From the IMG/VR virus record IMGVR_UViG_3300036783_000204, positions 14,522-78,521 of that record: a stretch of DNA of 64,000 bases; one strand, 5' to 3'. Shown one piece after another: positions 17,515-26,127 of the stretch. Both the position numbers and the translations under genes were made by a program. The notes under the pieces are model-generated. The model did no database searches. It was not told the origin of the DNA and saw only the letters and a program-made list of their open reading frames with translations. The number at the start of each line of letters is the position of its first letter. The first letter of the stretch is position 1. This DNA comes from a virus. Its lineage: Duplodnaviria; Caudoviricetes.

Positions 17515-17642
17515 CTGTCCTCCTTCGCATCCCGCAGGATCGCGGCGGTCTCTGCCGCCCAGCGGTCAAGCTTTTCGTTGACGTGCTTCAGTTCGGTGTA
17601 GATGGCGCGCAGGAGAAGCACGACGGCATCGTCCTTCTCCAT
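17511..17642 (-). CDS. Small hypothetical protein
   Basis: 43 aa, overlaps neighbours. Confidence 0.45.
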   Translation of the reverse strand: MEKDDAVVLLLRAIYTELKHVNEKLDRWAAETAAILRDAKEDR

Positions 17643-17926
17643 CAGATGAACTCCGTCTTCTCCACCGGCGCCCAGGCCACTGAATCCTGGTTGTAGGACA
17701 GGCGAAGTTCGGTCAGCTCCTCCTTCAATGCATCCTTCTCGGCCTCCGGGTATTGGATGACGATGCAGGCGTTCTGGAACGCGGTGTCGGGCGCAGAGAA
17801 CCACTCCCCGAGGATGGAGCTTGAATACTGCCGCATGATCCGCCGGAAGTCGCGGATGTATTCCGCGTACTCCCGTTGGGTCAGCTTGCCGTCGCTGTTG
17901 CCGATCGAAACGTAGACGGTGTTCAT
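17642..17926 (-). CDS. Conserved actinophage hypothetical protein
   Basis: VYVSIGNSDGKLTQ...W.S.PD...QNAC...YNQDSVAW motif. Confidence 0.7.
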   Translation of the reverse strand: MNTVYVSIGNSDGKLTQREYAEYIRDFRRIMRQYSSSILGEWFSAPDTAFQNACIVIQYPEAEKDALKEELTELRLSYNQDSVAWAPVEKTEFI

Positions 17927-17936
17927 GGAACGCCCT

Positions 17937-18428
17937 TCAGATGCACACGTTGGGGTCGAGGTGGTCCGGCAGGTCCGCGTCGCGCCAGTCTTCGGTGAGG
18001 TAGGACCGCGCGTCGGTGTTGTAGCTGGACACGACGTTGACGCACTGCTGTTGCAGTCCACTGAGGACAGTGCGCAGGTTGTTGTCCTGTTGGGCCACTG
18101 GGTCGTACGGCGTGTCGTTCCCGATCACGGTGTGCGCGCGTTCGTAGTTCGTAATGTCCTGCTTCGCCGTCGCGATCTTCGCCTTGAACGCGTCGACGTC
18201 GTTGGCTTCCCGGTGGAATTCCCGCTGCGCGGAAGTCCAGTTCTGCGAGGAGTTCTTCTCCTGGCGAGCGTCGCCCTTCCCCTGCCACGGGGCGGTGAGC
18301 ACCCCGAACATCCAGAACGCGACGACGACCAGGGAGATCAGGACGATGGGCCACAGGGCCCACTTGAGGATCGTCACTACGGGCCGGGACTCCAGCTCCT
18401 CAGTCCAGTCTCGTGCACTGCGGGACAT
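17937..18428 (-). CDS. Membrane-anchored coiled-coil protein
   Basis: Single N-terminal TM, C-terminal YNTDARSY...WRDADLP. Confidence 0.75.
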   Translation of the reverse strand: MSRSARDWTEELESRPVVTILKWALWPIVLISLVVVAFWMFGVLTAPWQGKGDARQEKNSSQNWTSAQREFHREANDVDAFKAKIATAKQDITNYERAHTVIGNDTPYDPVAQQDNNLRTVLSGLQQQCVNVVSSYNTDARSYLTEDWRDADLPDHLDPNVCI

Positions 18429-19030
18429 CAGTGGCCCACCTTCACGCCGCCGTGGTTAGTGGACGGCTTGTCTGCGATGTTGTAGGTGATGAGCGGCTGC
18501 GTCGTGAGGTTGAGTGGGGCGTCTGCTTCCACCCAGGTCGCCGATTTCGGCAACTGGATTTCCACGCCGGAGGCAGTGAAGAACGCTGCTTCCCCTGCCT
18601 CGGGGCCCCAGGTCCCATTGTCGCCGGGCGATTCGGTGACGACGCCGCAGGCGCCTGATCCTCCCGCGCATCCGTTGATGGTCTGGGAGTTGGTCATCTG
18701 GCTGTTCGGGTCGAAGACCATTCCTTGGATCGGCCACTGGGAGACGACTTGGCCTTGCTGGGTCAGCAGAATCACCCAGCGCATGGCCTTCTTGTCGTTC
18801 TGTCGCTTCAGGTGCTCAGCCAGTTCCGTACGTTCCAGCCAGCCGCCGCTCTTCATGTCGTCGAGTGGGTAGGGCACGGCCTGCTGTGCAGCCTGCTGGT
18901 AGGCGTTGGTGACGGCCTGGGCTTGCGACTGCGCGCTGTCGGTGGCATCGCAGGACCCGGCGAGGGTGAACACCAGTACGCCTGCGCCGGTGAGCGCAGC
19001 GCATGTTCGTTGTGTCTTCTTGTGCATCAT
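18428..19030 (-). CDS. Putative lipoprotein
   Basis: Basic N-terminus, hydrophobic stretch ending LAGSC; SPGDNGTWG motif. Confidence 0.75.
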   Translation of the reverse strand: MMHKKTQRTCAALTGAGVLVFTLAGSCDATDSAQSQAQAVTNAYQQAAQQAVPYPLDDMKSGGWLERTELAEHLKRQNDKKAMRWVILLTQQGQVVSQWPIQGMVFDPNSQMTNSQTINGCAGGSGACGVVTESPGDNGTWGPEAGEAAFFTASGVEIQLPKSATWVEADAPLNLTTQPLITYNIADKPSTNHGGVKVGH

Positions 19031-19207
19031 GTGCCTTTTCGGTGTGGTGTGGCGGCGGGCGGGTCCACCCGTTCCGTTGCCAGGAAGGGGAAGTTGGCAA
19101 CGGTCGTGGTTGGTTCCACGCTCTGCTTCCGGACTCGCGCGTGGGGGTGTCGCGCGCCGGTGAAACCCCGTACTCCCGCTCTTACCTTCGGGTCGGCCAC
19201 GTGTGGA

Positions 19208-19342
19208 TCAGCGGCCCCTGGAACAGTCCATCTTGTGGTGTGCACGGCTGAAGCGTCGGCACTCTGGGCAGCGTCCATTCAGCCGGTACCAGAGGCGGAC
19301 CATGCACCATTGCAGTCGATCGAGGATCGCTCTCAGGTTCAT
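19208..19342 (-). CDS. Small Zn-finger protein
   Basis: CPEC...H..DC; GGAGG RBS. Confidence 0.45.
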   Translation of the reverse strand: MNLRAILDRLQWCMVRLWYRLNGRCPECRRFSRAHHKMDCSRGR

Positions 19343-19581
19343 CAGACCTCCTCCCCCGAGGATTCCTCGGGCGCAGCAGGCGGGGCAGGCAGGCCGGTCA
19401 CGAGCTGGAAATCGAACCGACAGCCGAGCAGCCACGCCCAGTAGTCCAGGGTGGACAGCGGCGTGACGGCCTTACCCCTGAGTACCTCGTTCAGGTGCTT
19501 CGTGGAGACGCCTGCGAGGCGGCAGAACTCGGCCTGGCTGATGCCACGCTCGTCGAGTGCCTCGCCGATCAGGGCGCCCAT
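19342..19581 (-). CDS. XRE-family HTH protein
   Basis: RGISQAEFCRLAGVSTKHLNEVLRGK. Confidence 0.8.
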   Translation of the reverse strand: MGALIGEALDERGISQAEFCRLAGVSTKHLNEVLRGKAVTPLSTLDYWAWLLGCRFDFQLVTGLPAPPAAPEESSGEEV

Positions 19582-19601
19582 TCGGTGAACGGTGAGATGG
19601 C

Positions 19602-20030
19602 TCAGAACGGCGGCTCCTCGTCGCCGGTCCAGCGGTGCTCCTCCGCGGACGGTCCACTGGTGCGTGTCGCCTTCTGAATCTTCGCTGTCGCATACCGGAG
19701 CGACGGGCCGATCTCGTCGACCTGCATCTCAACGACGGTGCGCTTCTCGCCCTCTCGCGTCTCGTACGAGCGCTGAACGAGCCGTCCCTGGACGATTACC
19801 CTCGCGCCCCGGGTGAGGCTCTCTGCGAGGTTCTCAGCCGTTGTTCGCCAGACGGAGCATCGGAGGAACAGCGCCTCGCCGTCCTTCCACTGCCCCGAAG
19901 TCTTGTCGAAAGTGCGAGGTGTGGAAGCGACGGTGAAGCTCGCGACGGCCGCGCCAGTCGAGACGAACCTGATTTCCGGGTCAGCGGTGAGGTTCCCGAC
20001 AACAGTGATTACGACGTCGCCTGCCACCAA
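19602..20030 (-). CDS. ssb: Single-stranded DNA-binding protein
   Basis: [15 protein letters not shown]...ASTPRTFDK...LFLRCSVWR...acidic C-terminus EEPPF. Confidence 0.95.
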   Translation of the reverse strand: MVAGDVVITVVGNLTADPEIRFVSTGAAVASFTVASTPRTFDKTSGQWKDGEALFLRCSVWRTTAENLAESLTRGARVIVQGRLVQRSYETREGEKRTVVEMQVDEIGPSLRYATAKIQKATRTSGPSAEEHRWTGDEEPPF

Positions 20031-20052
20031 CTACTCCTCTCGATCTTGATGG

Positions 20053-20415
20053 TCATCGGAGTCCAGCTAGGACGATGAGCGGGAGCTTCCTCCATGTGCG
20101 TATAACCCTCCGACCCTCATCGCCCGTTCCCTCGTATTCATCTCCGTCAAGCACCGTGAAGCGGGCTAGCACGCCGCTTTCCGGATCTACTCCGACAAGT
20201 TCAAGGGTTGCCTCGTAGGCGAGTGCCCCTATGCGCTTGACCAAACCGGTGCTGACTCTCCCGAACGGCCGGAACATGCACCAATCGTCATCGAAGACGG
20301 TAAACTCGTCGAGCTGGCGATACACAGAGAGCGTTACCTGGCGACTGCCGACCATCAGCACGCGCACCTCCGCCGTCAGCGTCTCGACGGTGGCCGTCTG
20401 TGTGCCAGTGGCCAC
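20053..20415 (-). CDS. Hypothetical phage protein
   Basis: GGAGGAG RBS; 120 aa. Confidence 0.6.
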   Translation of the reverse strand: MATGTQTATVETLTAEVRVLMVGSRQVTLSVYRQLDEFTVFDDDWCMFRPFGRVSTGLVKRIGALAYEATLELVGVDPESGVLARFTVLDGDEYEGTGDEGRRVIRTWRKLPLIVLAGLR

Positions 20416-20624
20416 TACTCCTCCTCCGGGCTCGTGGTGGCCTTCGCCATCTTCGCTTTCGCTTCCTCGCGAAGCCTCGCGGCGCGCTTCCGAAGGATCT
20501 TCGCCAGCTCGTCCTCAGTGGTGCGGTCGATCGCCGCCTTCGTGGCGTCGGCGACGAGGGTTCCGGCGACGTAGCCGAGGCAGGCGGAGATGCCCAGCCA
20601 GCAGAACAGGATCAGGTTCTTCAT
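20415..20624 (-). CDS. Membrane-anchored small protein
   Basis: GGAGG RBS, ATG 20624, N-terminal TM. Confidence 0.55.
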   Translation of the reverse strand: MKNLILFCWLGISACLGYVAGTLVADATKAAIDRTTEDELAKILRKRAARLREEAKAKMAKATTSPEEE

Positions 20625-21076
20625 GCGCCCTCCTGGGCAGCGAGTTCGATGCGGGACGGGTGGAATGCCTTGATGGGGACCCACTGCCCGCGCCGGTGAC
20701 CGCGGCCGAGCTGACGGGCGCAGGGACGGCCAGCCACAGCGCGGCAGTGCGGGCACGTCACGGACATGGCGGGGTCGTGGGTGGTCTGCTGCTGAGTCCA
20801 GCCGAGCCTCTTGCCCAGTGCCGCGAGGACGTTGCGGACATGCTCAGGCTGCGCCGCGGGCTTCGGCGGGGCCTCGATCAGTTTCGCAGGGAGTGGGAGC
20901 TGACGCTGGGCCCGGATGTGCTGCGTGACGTGTGCTGGGCGCAGGTATTCCGTCGAGTTCGCGAAGTGCTCGAAGACGGCCTCGCGAGCTTCCTCGAAGG
21001 TCCACCTGCCGCGGACGGAGGACTCCTGCCACGCCATGATGTTGCCGTCGCCGGGTTTGCGGTTGTCGTAAGACAC
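20621..21076 (-). CDS. Helicase loader/inhibitor-like protein with C-terminal Zn finger (true N-terminus probably extends to ~21127-21133)
   Basis: DNRKPGDGNIMAW...TFEEAREAVFEHF...YLRPAHV pattern; CPHC...C...H; follows replication initiator. Confidence 0.6.
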   Translation of the reverse strand: MSYDNRKPGDGNIMAWQESSVRGRWTFEEAREAVFEHFANSTEYLRPAHVTQHIRAQRQLPLPAKLIEAPPKPAAQPEHVRNVLAALGKRLGWTQQQTTHDPAMSVTCPHCRAVAGRPCARQLGRGHRRGQWVPIKAFHPSRIELAAQEGA

Positions 21077-21133
21077 GATGATGGCGAGGAGTGCACACGT
21101 TTCGGCTTCGTCTAGTCCGTACTCGATCCTGCG

Positions 21134-21967
21134 TCAGCCTCCTGCGGGTAGTTGCTTGATGTTCGCTGATTGACTCAACCTCGCTGCGCGCTCCAGCAGG
21201 CTGTTCGAGGTGGCGTCAGATCCGTTCGTGCGCTGTCGTCCTTCGCGTTTTGCCTGCAACAGGAGCTTGTCGTACTGGGCACGAAACTTCGGCATCGACA
21301 GGATGTTCGACGCCCAGAAGTCATGGCTCGTAGCCCAGTCGATCAGTCGTTTCGCCTGCTGGAAGTCCCTTCCGTCGCGGTCGAGCATGAGCCTGGCGTC
21401 GGCACGCCACTTCGCCGTCACCGCGGCCTTCGCGCCGTTCGCGACGACGCGATCCCGAAGTCGCTCGCACAGCTCGTCGACGTCCGGCCTCGCCGATTCC
21501 TGTCGAGGCGGCGAGCGAAGCGAGTCTTCTTGACCCCTGTCCCCTGATCCCTGAATCTCTGACACCTGTATAGCGCCAGACTCGTCTAGATCGAATCTAG
21601 ACTCGTCTAGATCAGTTCTGTACTCGTCTAGACTGCCGTCCGGCCCGGGGTGTTTCGGGTCACCCTTGAAGGCTCCGTACTGGTGCTCGCTCCAGTTGGT
21701 GATCACCAGATACCGCTTGCCGTCCACCTCGTAGCGCACAATGCGCTGATGTTCGGCCAGCGTCGTGAGGTCGTCCTCAATGTCCTTCAGTGACACGTCA
21801 TCCAGGGGCCACACCGCGGCCTTGATGAGCTTCACGTTGTCGCGAGCGCGGCCGTGGTTGTCACAATGCGTCCACAGGCCGATCCATGTCAGGCGTGCAC
21901 GTAATGGCAGCTCAGACACTGCTTCGCTGGTGAAGAACTCAGGCTTGATGTTTCGAATGCGGGCCAT
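21134..21967 (-). CDS. Phage replication initiator protein
   Basis: MARIRNIKPEFF...LTWIGLWTHCDNHGR N-terminal domain; C-terminal DFWASNILSMPKFRAQYDKL; internal iterons. Confidence 0.8.
   Translation of the reverse strand: MARIRNIKPEFFTSEAVSELPLRARLTWIGLWTHCDNHGRARDNVKLIKAAVWPLDDVSLKDIEDDLTTLAEHQRIVRYEVDGKRYLVITNWSEHQYGAFKGDPKHPGPDGSLDEYRTDLDESRFDLDESGAIQVSEIQGSGDRGQEDSLRSPPRQESARPDVDELCERLRDRVVANGAKAAVTAKWRADARLMLDRDGRDFQQAKRLIDWATSHDFWASNILSMPKFRAQYDKLLLQAKREGRQRTNGSDATSNSLLERAARLSQSANIKQLPAGG
21578..21632. repeat. Iteron-like repeats (candidate replication origin)
   Basis: ACTCGTCTAGA at 21580, 21601, 21622 (21-bp period) inside the initiator gene. Confidence 0.7.
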
Positions 21968-22803
21968 CAGGAGGTGCCGCCATACCGCTCCGCAACGGAG
22001 CACACCGCAACACGACCAGCGTCACGTGCCCTGTCCTCAGCCTCCGTGCAACCCATACCCTCCTTCGCTGCTGTGTCGTAGGCCCCGTGGGCACACTGGG
22101 CGACCTCCCAGAGGAGCTTCGAGCCGAGCTTCACGTCGTCATCTGTGCCTCCCACGGCCTTCACCATGTTGCCCACCACCATGTCGTCCAGGATCTCCAG
22201 CAAGGGAAAGGGCCACGGACCGGCGTGCACGTCGCCGTAGTCCTCCACGTTGATGGCGGTCTGTGCTTCCGCCTGGAGCGACGCTACGCGCTTCAGCGCT
22301 GAGCCGCATGCGTAGCGGAACTTGTTCTCAGGCAACACCTTCCCGGAAGTCATGGCAATCCGAACGCAGTCTCCGAGCACCTCCATCGGCAGGCCGCCGA
22401 GAAGGATTCGATCGATCGAGTCGCGCCAGTCCGACGGCATGGGCGCATGGTCACCTTCGGGCATCCACCGCTGCCACATTGCGAGAAAGGTGTTCCGCTG
22501 ACTCTCGATACGCTCACGATCGGCCAGCATGCGCTGCCCTGCGTACTCGATGGCTTGGCGCCACCGCAGGGCGTCCGCAGCGACGTCGTCCACCGTCGCA
22601 TCATCGGGAGCCGAGGCAGACTTTCCCGTATTGCAGTCATAACAGGCGGCTGCAAGGTTCGATGGCTCGTCACTGCCACCGAGGGCGACCGGTACCACGT
22701 GATCCACCGCGAGCGGAGCGGCAGACGCCGCCGTTCCGCAGTAGCGACACGTGTGGTTGTCCCGCCGCAGAACTTCATACCGAAGACGCTTCGTGACCGC
22801 CAC
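21967..22803 (-). CDS. HNH endonuclease
   Basis: LRYEVLRRDNHTCRYCG...VDHVVPVALGGSD...NL...CYDCNTGK. Confidence 0.9.
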   Translation of the reverse strand: MAVTKRLRYEVLRRDNHTCRYCGTAASAAPLAVDHVVPVALGGSDEPSNLAAACYDCNTGKSASAPDDATVDDVAADALRWRQAIEYAGQRMLADRERIESQRNTFLAMWQRWMPEGDHAPMPSDWRDSIDRILLGGLPMEVLGDCVRIAMTSGKVLPENKFRYACGSALKRVASLQAEAQTAINVEDYGDVHAGPWPFPLLEILDDMVVGNMVKAVGGTDDDVKLGSKLLWEVAQCAHGAYDTAAKEGMGCTEAEDRARDAGRVAVCSVAERYGGTS

Positions 22804-22838
22804 AGCGGGACCCTCCCTTCACATGACCTACTGACGGT

Positions 22839-23639
22839 TCAGCCTTCGGCGGAGCGCCACTCCGGGATCTTCTTGGTGCGGCGGCCCTTGTTCACCAGTG
22901 CGACAAGGACTTCCGCCATTGCGTTCGCGACGCTGTCTGCGCGCAACTTCTTCAGCTGCCGCGCATCGCCGATGACGCCGACCGGGCCGCCGTCGTGGCC
23001 TGCCAGCTCGACGGTGAGCTTGCGCAGGTCGAGCTGGTCCCCGTAGCGCAGGGCGGTGAGGCCCACGCCCTTCACGAGTTCCGCGCGGACCCCGTCCGGG
23101 TCGTGGCCGTAGGCGGTGGTCAGGACGTTGAGGGTGACGTCGCAGGCTTCGGGGTTCACCGGCTCCCACTGGACCGCGCCGTCGTACACCCATTCGAGGG
23201 CGGCGACAGCGAGGAAGTAGCCGCGACCGGAGGCGCCGTTCACGGTCCAGCCGTGCCGGTTGAGGATGGTGCTGAGCGCGATGGCCTTCTTGTCGCCTTC
23301 GACCACGCGGATCATGAACTTCGTGACCGGGCGGACCTGCTTGGTGTCGTTGTACAGGCGGAAAAGGGCGGCTTCCTCGGCCAGGGTCAGGTCCTGGAAG
23401 ACCTTGCAGTCGATCCCCTCGTTGCCGTTGCCTGCTTCCTTCATGGCGGCGACCCGGGTCTGGCCGTCGATGACGTGGTAGGTGCCGTCCTCGCGGGTGG
23501 ACACGATGATGGTGCCGAGTGCTTCCCGGTTCAGGTTCTCCGCCATCGACCGCACTCGCTTGGGGTCGACGCTGCGCTGGACACGGAAGTCGACGGTGAG
23601 ATGGTCGACGCGAAGCTGCTTCAGTTGTGGTGACTTCAT
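22839..23639 (-). CDS. ParB/Srx-fold protein (DUF6551-like)
   Basis: VDFRVQRSV...LGTIIVS.R.DG.YHVIDGQTR. Confidence 0.7.
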   Translation of the reverse strand: MKSPQLKQLRVDHLTVDFRVQRSVDPKRVRSMAENLNREALGTIIVSTREDGTYHVIDGQTRVAAMKEAGNGNEGIDCKVFQDLTLAEEAALFRLYNDTKQVRPVTKFMIRVVEGDKKAIALSTILNRHGWTVNGASGRGYFLAVAALEWVYDGAVQWEPVNPEACDVTLNVLTTAYGHDPDGVRAELVKGVGLTALRYGDQLDLRKLTVELAGHDGGPVGVIGDARQLKKLRADSVANAMAEVLVALVNKGRRTKKIPEWRSAEG

Positions 23640-24502
23640 GGCTGCTGCTTTCCTTCGTTGAGTTGGTACTTGATGAGCTTCCGGATTCGGTAGAGGGCCT
23701 TGCCTCCTTTCGCGAGGGCTCGGTACCAGGTGAAGAGGTCGTCCTGAGCGATGTCGGCCTCGATAGCGGTGATGGGCTTGAGGGCGAGGTCGATTCCGCC
23801 CATGTCGAGGGCGATGCGCTGGAGGGAGTCCTTGCCCAGGACGTTCGGTTCCTTGGCGTTGCGGACGCGGCGGGGAACAACGGGTGGTGGCAGCGGCGGT
23901 CGCGCCTTCGGGTTCTCGGCGTAGCGGGGGTTCACTCCGCTCTCCACGCGGTCGGCGAACGCGTCCTGCTTCTTGGACGGCTGCGAGGCAACGCGGTCCG
24001 CTGTGGACAGTGGCACCCGGCCTTCCTCGACGAGCTTGTTGAGGTGCTCGGTGCCGGTGTGCTGGATGCGGCGGGCACGCTCCAGGGCGGTGCGGGAGAC
24101 GTTGAACATCTGTGCGGCTTCCGAACGTGTGGGCGGCCGGTGATAAAAGGCTTCAGCTGAAGCCTTTACCGGCAAACGCCCTGGCAGGCGGTCCGCGAGC
24201 TTGCCCGCGATCACCGCTCGTTGCGCGTCGGTGAGGTGGCGCCGGTGCAGGTTGGTGCTCACGACATACCGCCACGGGTCACCCTTGTAGGTGGCGTACC
24301 GCGGTTCGACTCCAGCCTGTTCGCAGGCGAGCAGCCGGTTCCGGCCGTCGAGGAGTGCGCCGTCCTGGTCGGTGGTGATGCTCTCCAGGAGCCCGTTCTC
24401 CTTGATGTCCGCGACCAATTCGGCGAGCGCCTCCGCCGTCATCATGGGGAAGATCTCGGCGGCCGGGTGGACCTTCACGTAGTCCGGCAGTACCGCAGTC
24501 AC
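23636..24502 (-). CDS. ParB-like N-terminal domain protein with HTH
   Basis: VHPAAEIFPMM...DIKENGLLESI...LLDGRNRLLAC...NLHRRHLTDAQRA; EAAQMFNVSRTALER. Confidence 0.8.
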   Translation of the reverse strand: MTAVLPDYVKVHPAAEIFPMMTAEALAELVADIKENGLLESITTDQDGALLDGRNRLLACEQAGVEPRYATYKGDPWRYVVSTNLHRRHLTDAQRAVIAGKLADRLPGRLPVKASAEAFYHRPPTRSEAAQMFNVSRTALERARRIQHTGTEHLNKLVEEGRVPLSTADRVASQPSKKQDAFADRVESGVNPRYAENPKARPPLPPPVVPRRVRNAKEPNVLGKDSLQRIALDMGGIDLALKPITAIEADIAQDDLFTWYRALAKGGKALYRIRKLIKYQLNEGKQQP

Positions 24503-24909
24503 GCGAGGCCCCTTTCGTAGATCGTCTCCGCCTGGAGTGAGCCCACAACGTCGGGCATGTCGACGGGATGCAGTGAGCCGTCGTCGTGCAGCCACACGTA
24601 GCAGCGCCCATGGCTCGTCCAGAGCCACGCAGGCATCGCCTTGGGGTCGATGGCCTGCCGGACGCTCCAGCCGTTGGCGTAGGCCGTCTGAGGCTGGAGG
24701 TGAATGACTGTGTGGCAGCCACGACAGACGTCCAGCCCATTGGACGCCGACCAGTCGCCGCCCTGCGAGCGGTTCTTGCGGTGCTGCCAATCGACAGCTG
24801 GTCGAATGCGGCAGATCTCGCAACGTCCACCCGACCGGACGCTCACCAAGTGGCGCGCCAGAACCTGGGCGGCCGACCTGCGAGGCGCACCCCGCTTCAG
24901 CCCCGTCAT
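24499..24909 (-). CDS. HNH endonuclease-like protein
   Basis: RSGGRCEIC...WQHRKNRSQGG...NGLDVCRGCH. Confidence 0.75.
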   Translation of the reverse strand: MTGLKRGAPRRSAAQVLARHLVSVRSGGRCEICRIRPAVDWQHRKNRSQGGDWSASNGLDVCRGCHTVIHLQPQTAYANGWSVRQAIDPKAMPAWLWTSHGRCYVWLHDDGSLHPVDMPDVVGSLQAETIYERGLA

Positions 24910-25289
24910 TCGCACGCCGCCTCCACGTCGCCGTCGACGAGATCCGCGAGGGTTCGCTGCGCCAGTCGAATGTCGCGCAGCGCCTGCGATGCGCCGGAGG
25001 TCTGGCGCGTGACCTGTTTGGTCAACGTTGCGACCCGTTCGCGAAGCTCGGTGTTCTCCTTCAGCAACTCGCCTGTTGCAGCCCGCCGGTAGACCTCGCG
25101 ATGCGTCGGACACGGGCAGCACGCGTCGGGATAGTGGGCACGCAAAGCCTCGTGCTCGTCGACGATCTGGCGGGCGATCTCCGGTTGCAGCGCAGTGAAG
25201 ATGGGCTCATCGTCAAACGGGGCAACGTTTTCGGCGTATCCATGGACGCTGTAGTGCGTTCCGACGCGCCAGGCGCGAGTGTCGTTCAT
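24906..25289 (-). CDS. Hypothetical protein
   Basis: GGAGG RBS; C-terminal coiled coil. Confidence 0.55.
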   Translation of the reverse strand: MNDTRAWRVGTHYSVHGYAENVAPFDDEPIFTALQPEIARQIVDEHEALRAHYPDACCPCPTHREVYRRAATGELLKENTELRERVATLTKQVTRQTSGASQALRDIRLAQRTLADLVDGDVEAACE

Positions 25290-25310
25290 GCCTACCTCCC
25301 TTGGTATGCG

Positions 25311-25676
25311 TCAGATTCCTGCGTTTCCTTCGGCATGCATCCGGTCGACGTCGCGAGCGTTGACGACCATCGTTCGGCCGTTGGCGTTCTGGGTGTTCAG
25401 CTGCTTCAGCTGCTCCTTGGCAGCGTCGGCCTTTGCCGCTGCGACAAGGCGTTCCAGGTACAGCCGCGCCACCTCTGGGTCAGCTTCGGCCTCGGTTTCC
25501 GCCGTGGCATGGGAAACCCGCTCACCCTCGGCCTTGGCGCGCAGGATTGCCCGTGCCCTGGCCGACTTGTGCGACGCCTCCGCTTCCGCCGCCGCGATAG
25601 CGATGGCTTCGTAGTCCGTCGCACGGATCTGGTACTGACGAGACACATTTCCGAGGTGGTCGACAGGATCGGTCAT
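25311..25676 (-). CDS. Ala-rich coiled-coil protein
   Basis: ATGA overlap; helical heptads. Confidence 0.65.
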   Translation of the reverse strand: MTDPVDHLGNVSRQYQIRATDYEAIAIAAAEAEASHKSARARAILRAKAEGERVSHATAETEAEADPEVARLYLERLVAAAKADAAKEQLKQLNTQNANGRTMVVNARDVDRMHAEGNAGI

Positions 25677-25891
25677 GTTCCACCGGTGTTGTCGTTCTCG
25701 AAGAGGTCGTCGATCGGGCAGCCGAGCGCATGCGCGAGAGCGTCCAGGGAGTCGGCGCGCGGGACCCAGCGCCCCCTTTCGTAGCCCACCACGGAATAGA
25801 CGCTCAGGTCGCTCTCGACCGCGAGCCTTTCCTGCCGCATCCCTGCGGCATAACGCTTTTCTCGAAGAATTCGGGGCGAAAACCTCTTCAT
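25673..25891 (-). CDS. XRE-family HTH protein
   Basis: LREKRYAAGMRQERLAVESDLSVYSVVGYERGRWVPRADSLDALAHALGC. Confidence 0.8.
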   Translation of the reverse strand: MKRFSPRILREKRYAAGMRQERLAVESDLSVYSVVGYERGRWVPRADSLDALAHALGCPIDDLFENDNTGGT

Positions 25892-26127
25892 GCTCGGTCG
25901 ACCTCCGTGTCGTCCTCCGGGGAGAGGATCACCATCCCGCGCGGCACGTTCGAGTCCCGGCGCAGGAAGCCGAGCATCTCCAGCGTTCTCAAGTGGTGAT
26001 GTACCGATGACGACGAGCGCAGCTTCACGCCATCGGCGATTTCCCTTACGCTGGGCGGATATCCCACCGATTTCACATAGGCCCGAATGAAGTGCAGGAC
26101 GTGCCGCTGCGTCTGCGTCAGGAGCAT
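25888..26127 (-). CDS. Stand-alone LexA DNA-binding (winged-helix) domain protein
   Basis: LTQTQRHVLHFI...GYPPSVREIADGVKLRSSSSVHHHLRTLEMLGFLRRD; no peptidase domain. Confidence 0.85.
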   Translation of the reverse strand: MLLTQTQRHVLHFIRAYVKSVGYPPSVREIADGVKLRSSSSVHHHLRTLEMLGFLRRDSNVPRGMVILSPEDDTEVDRA

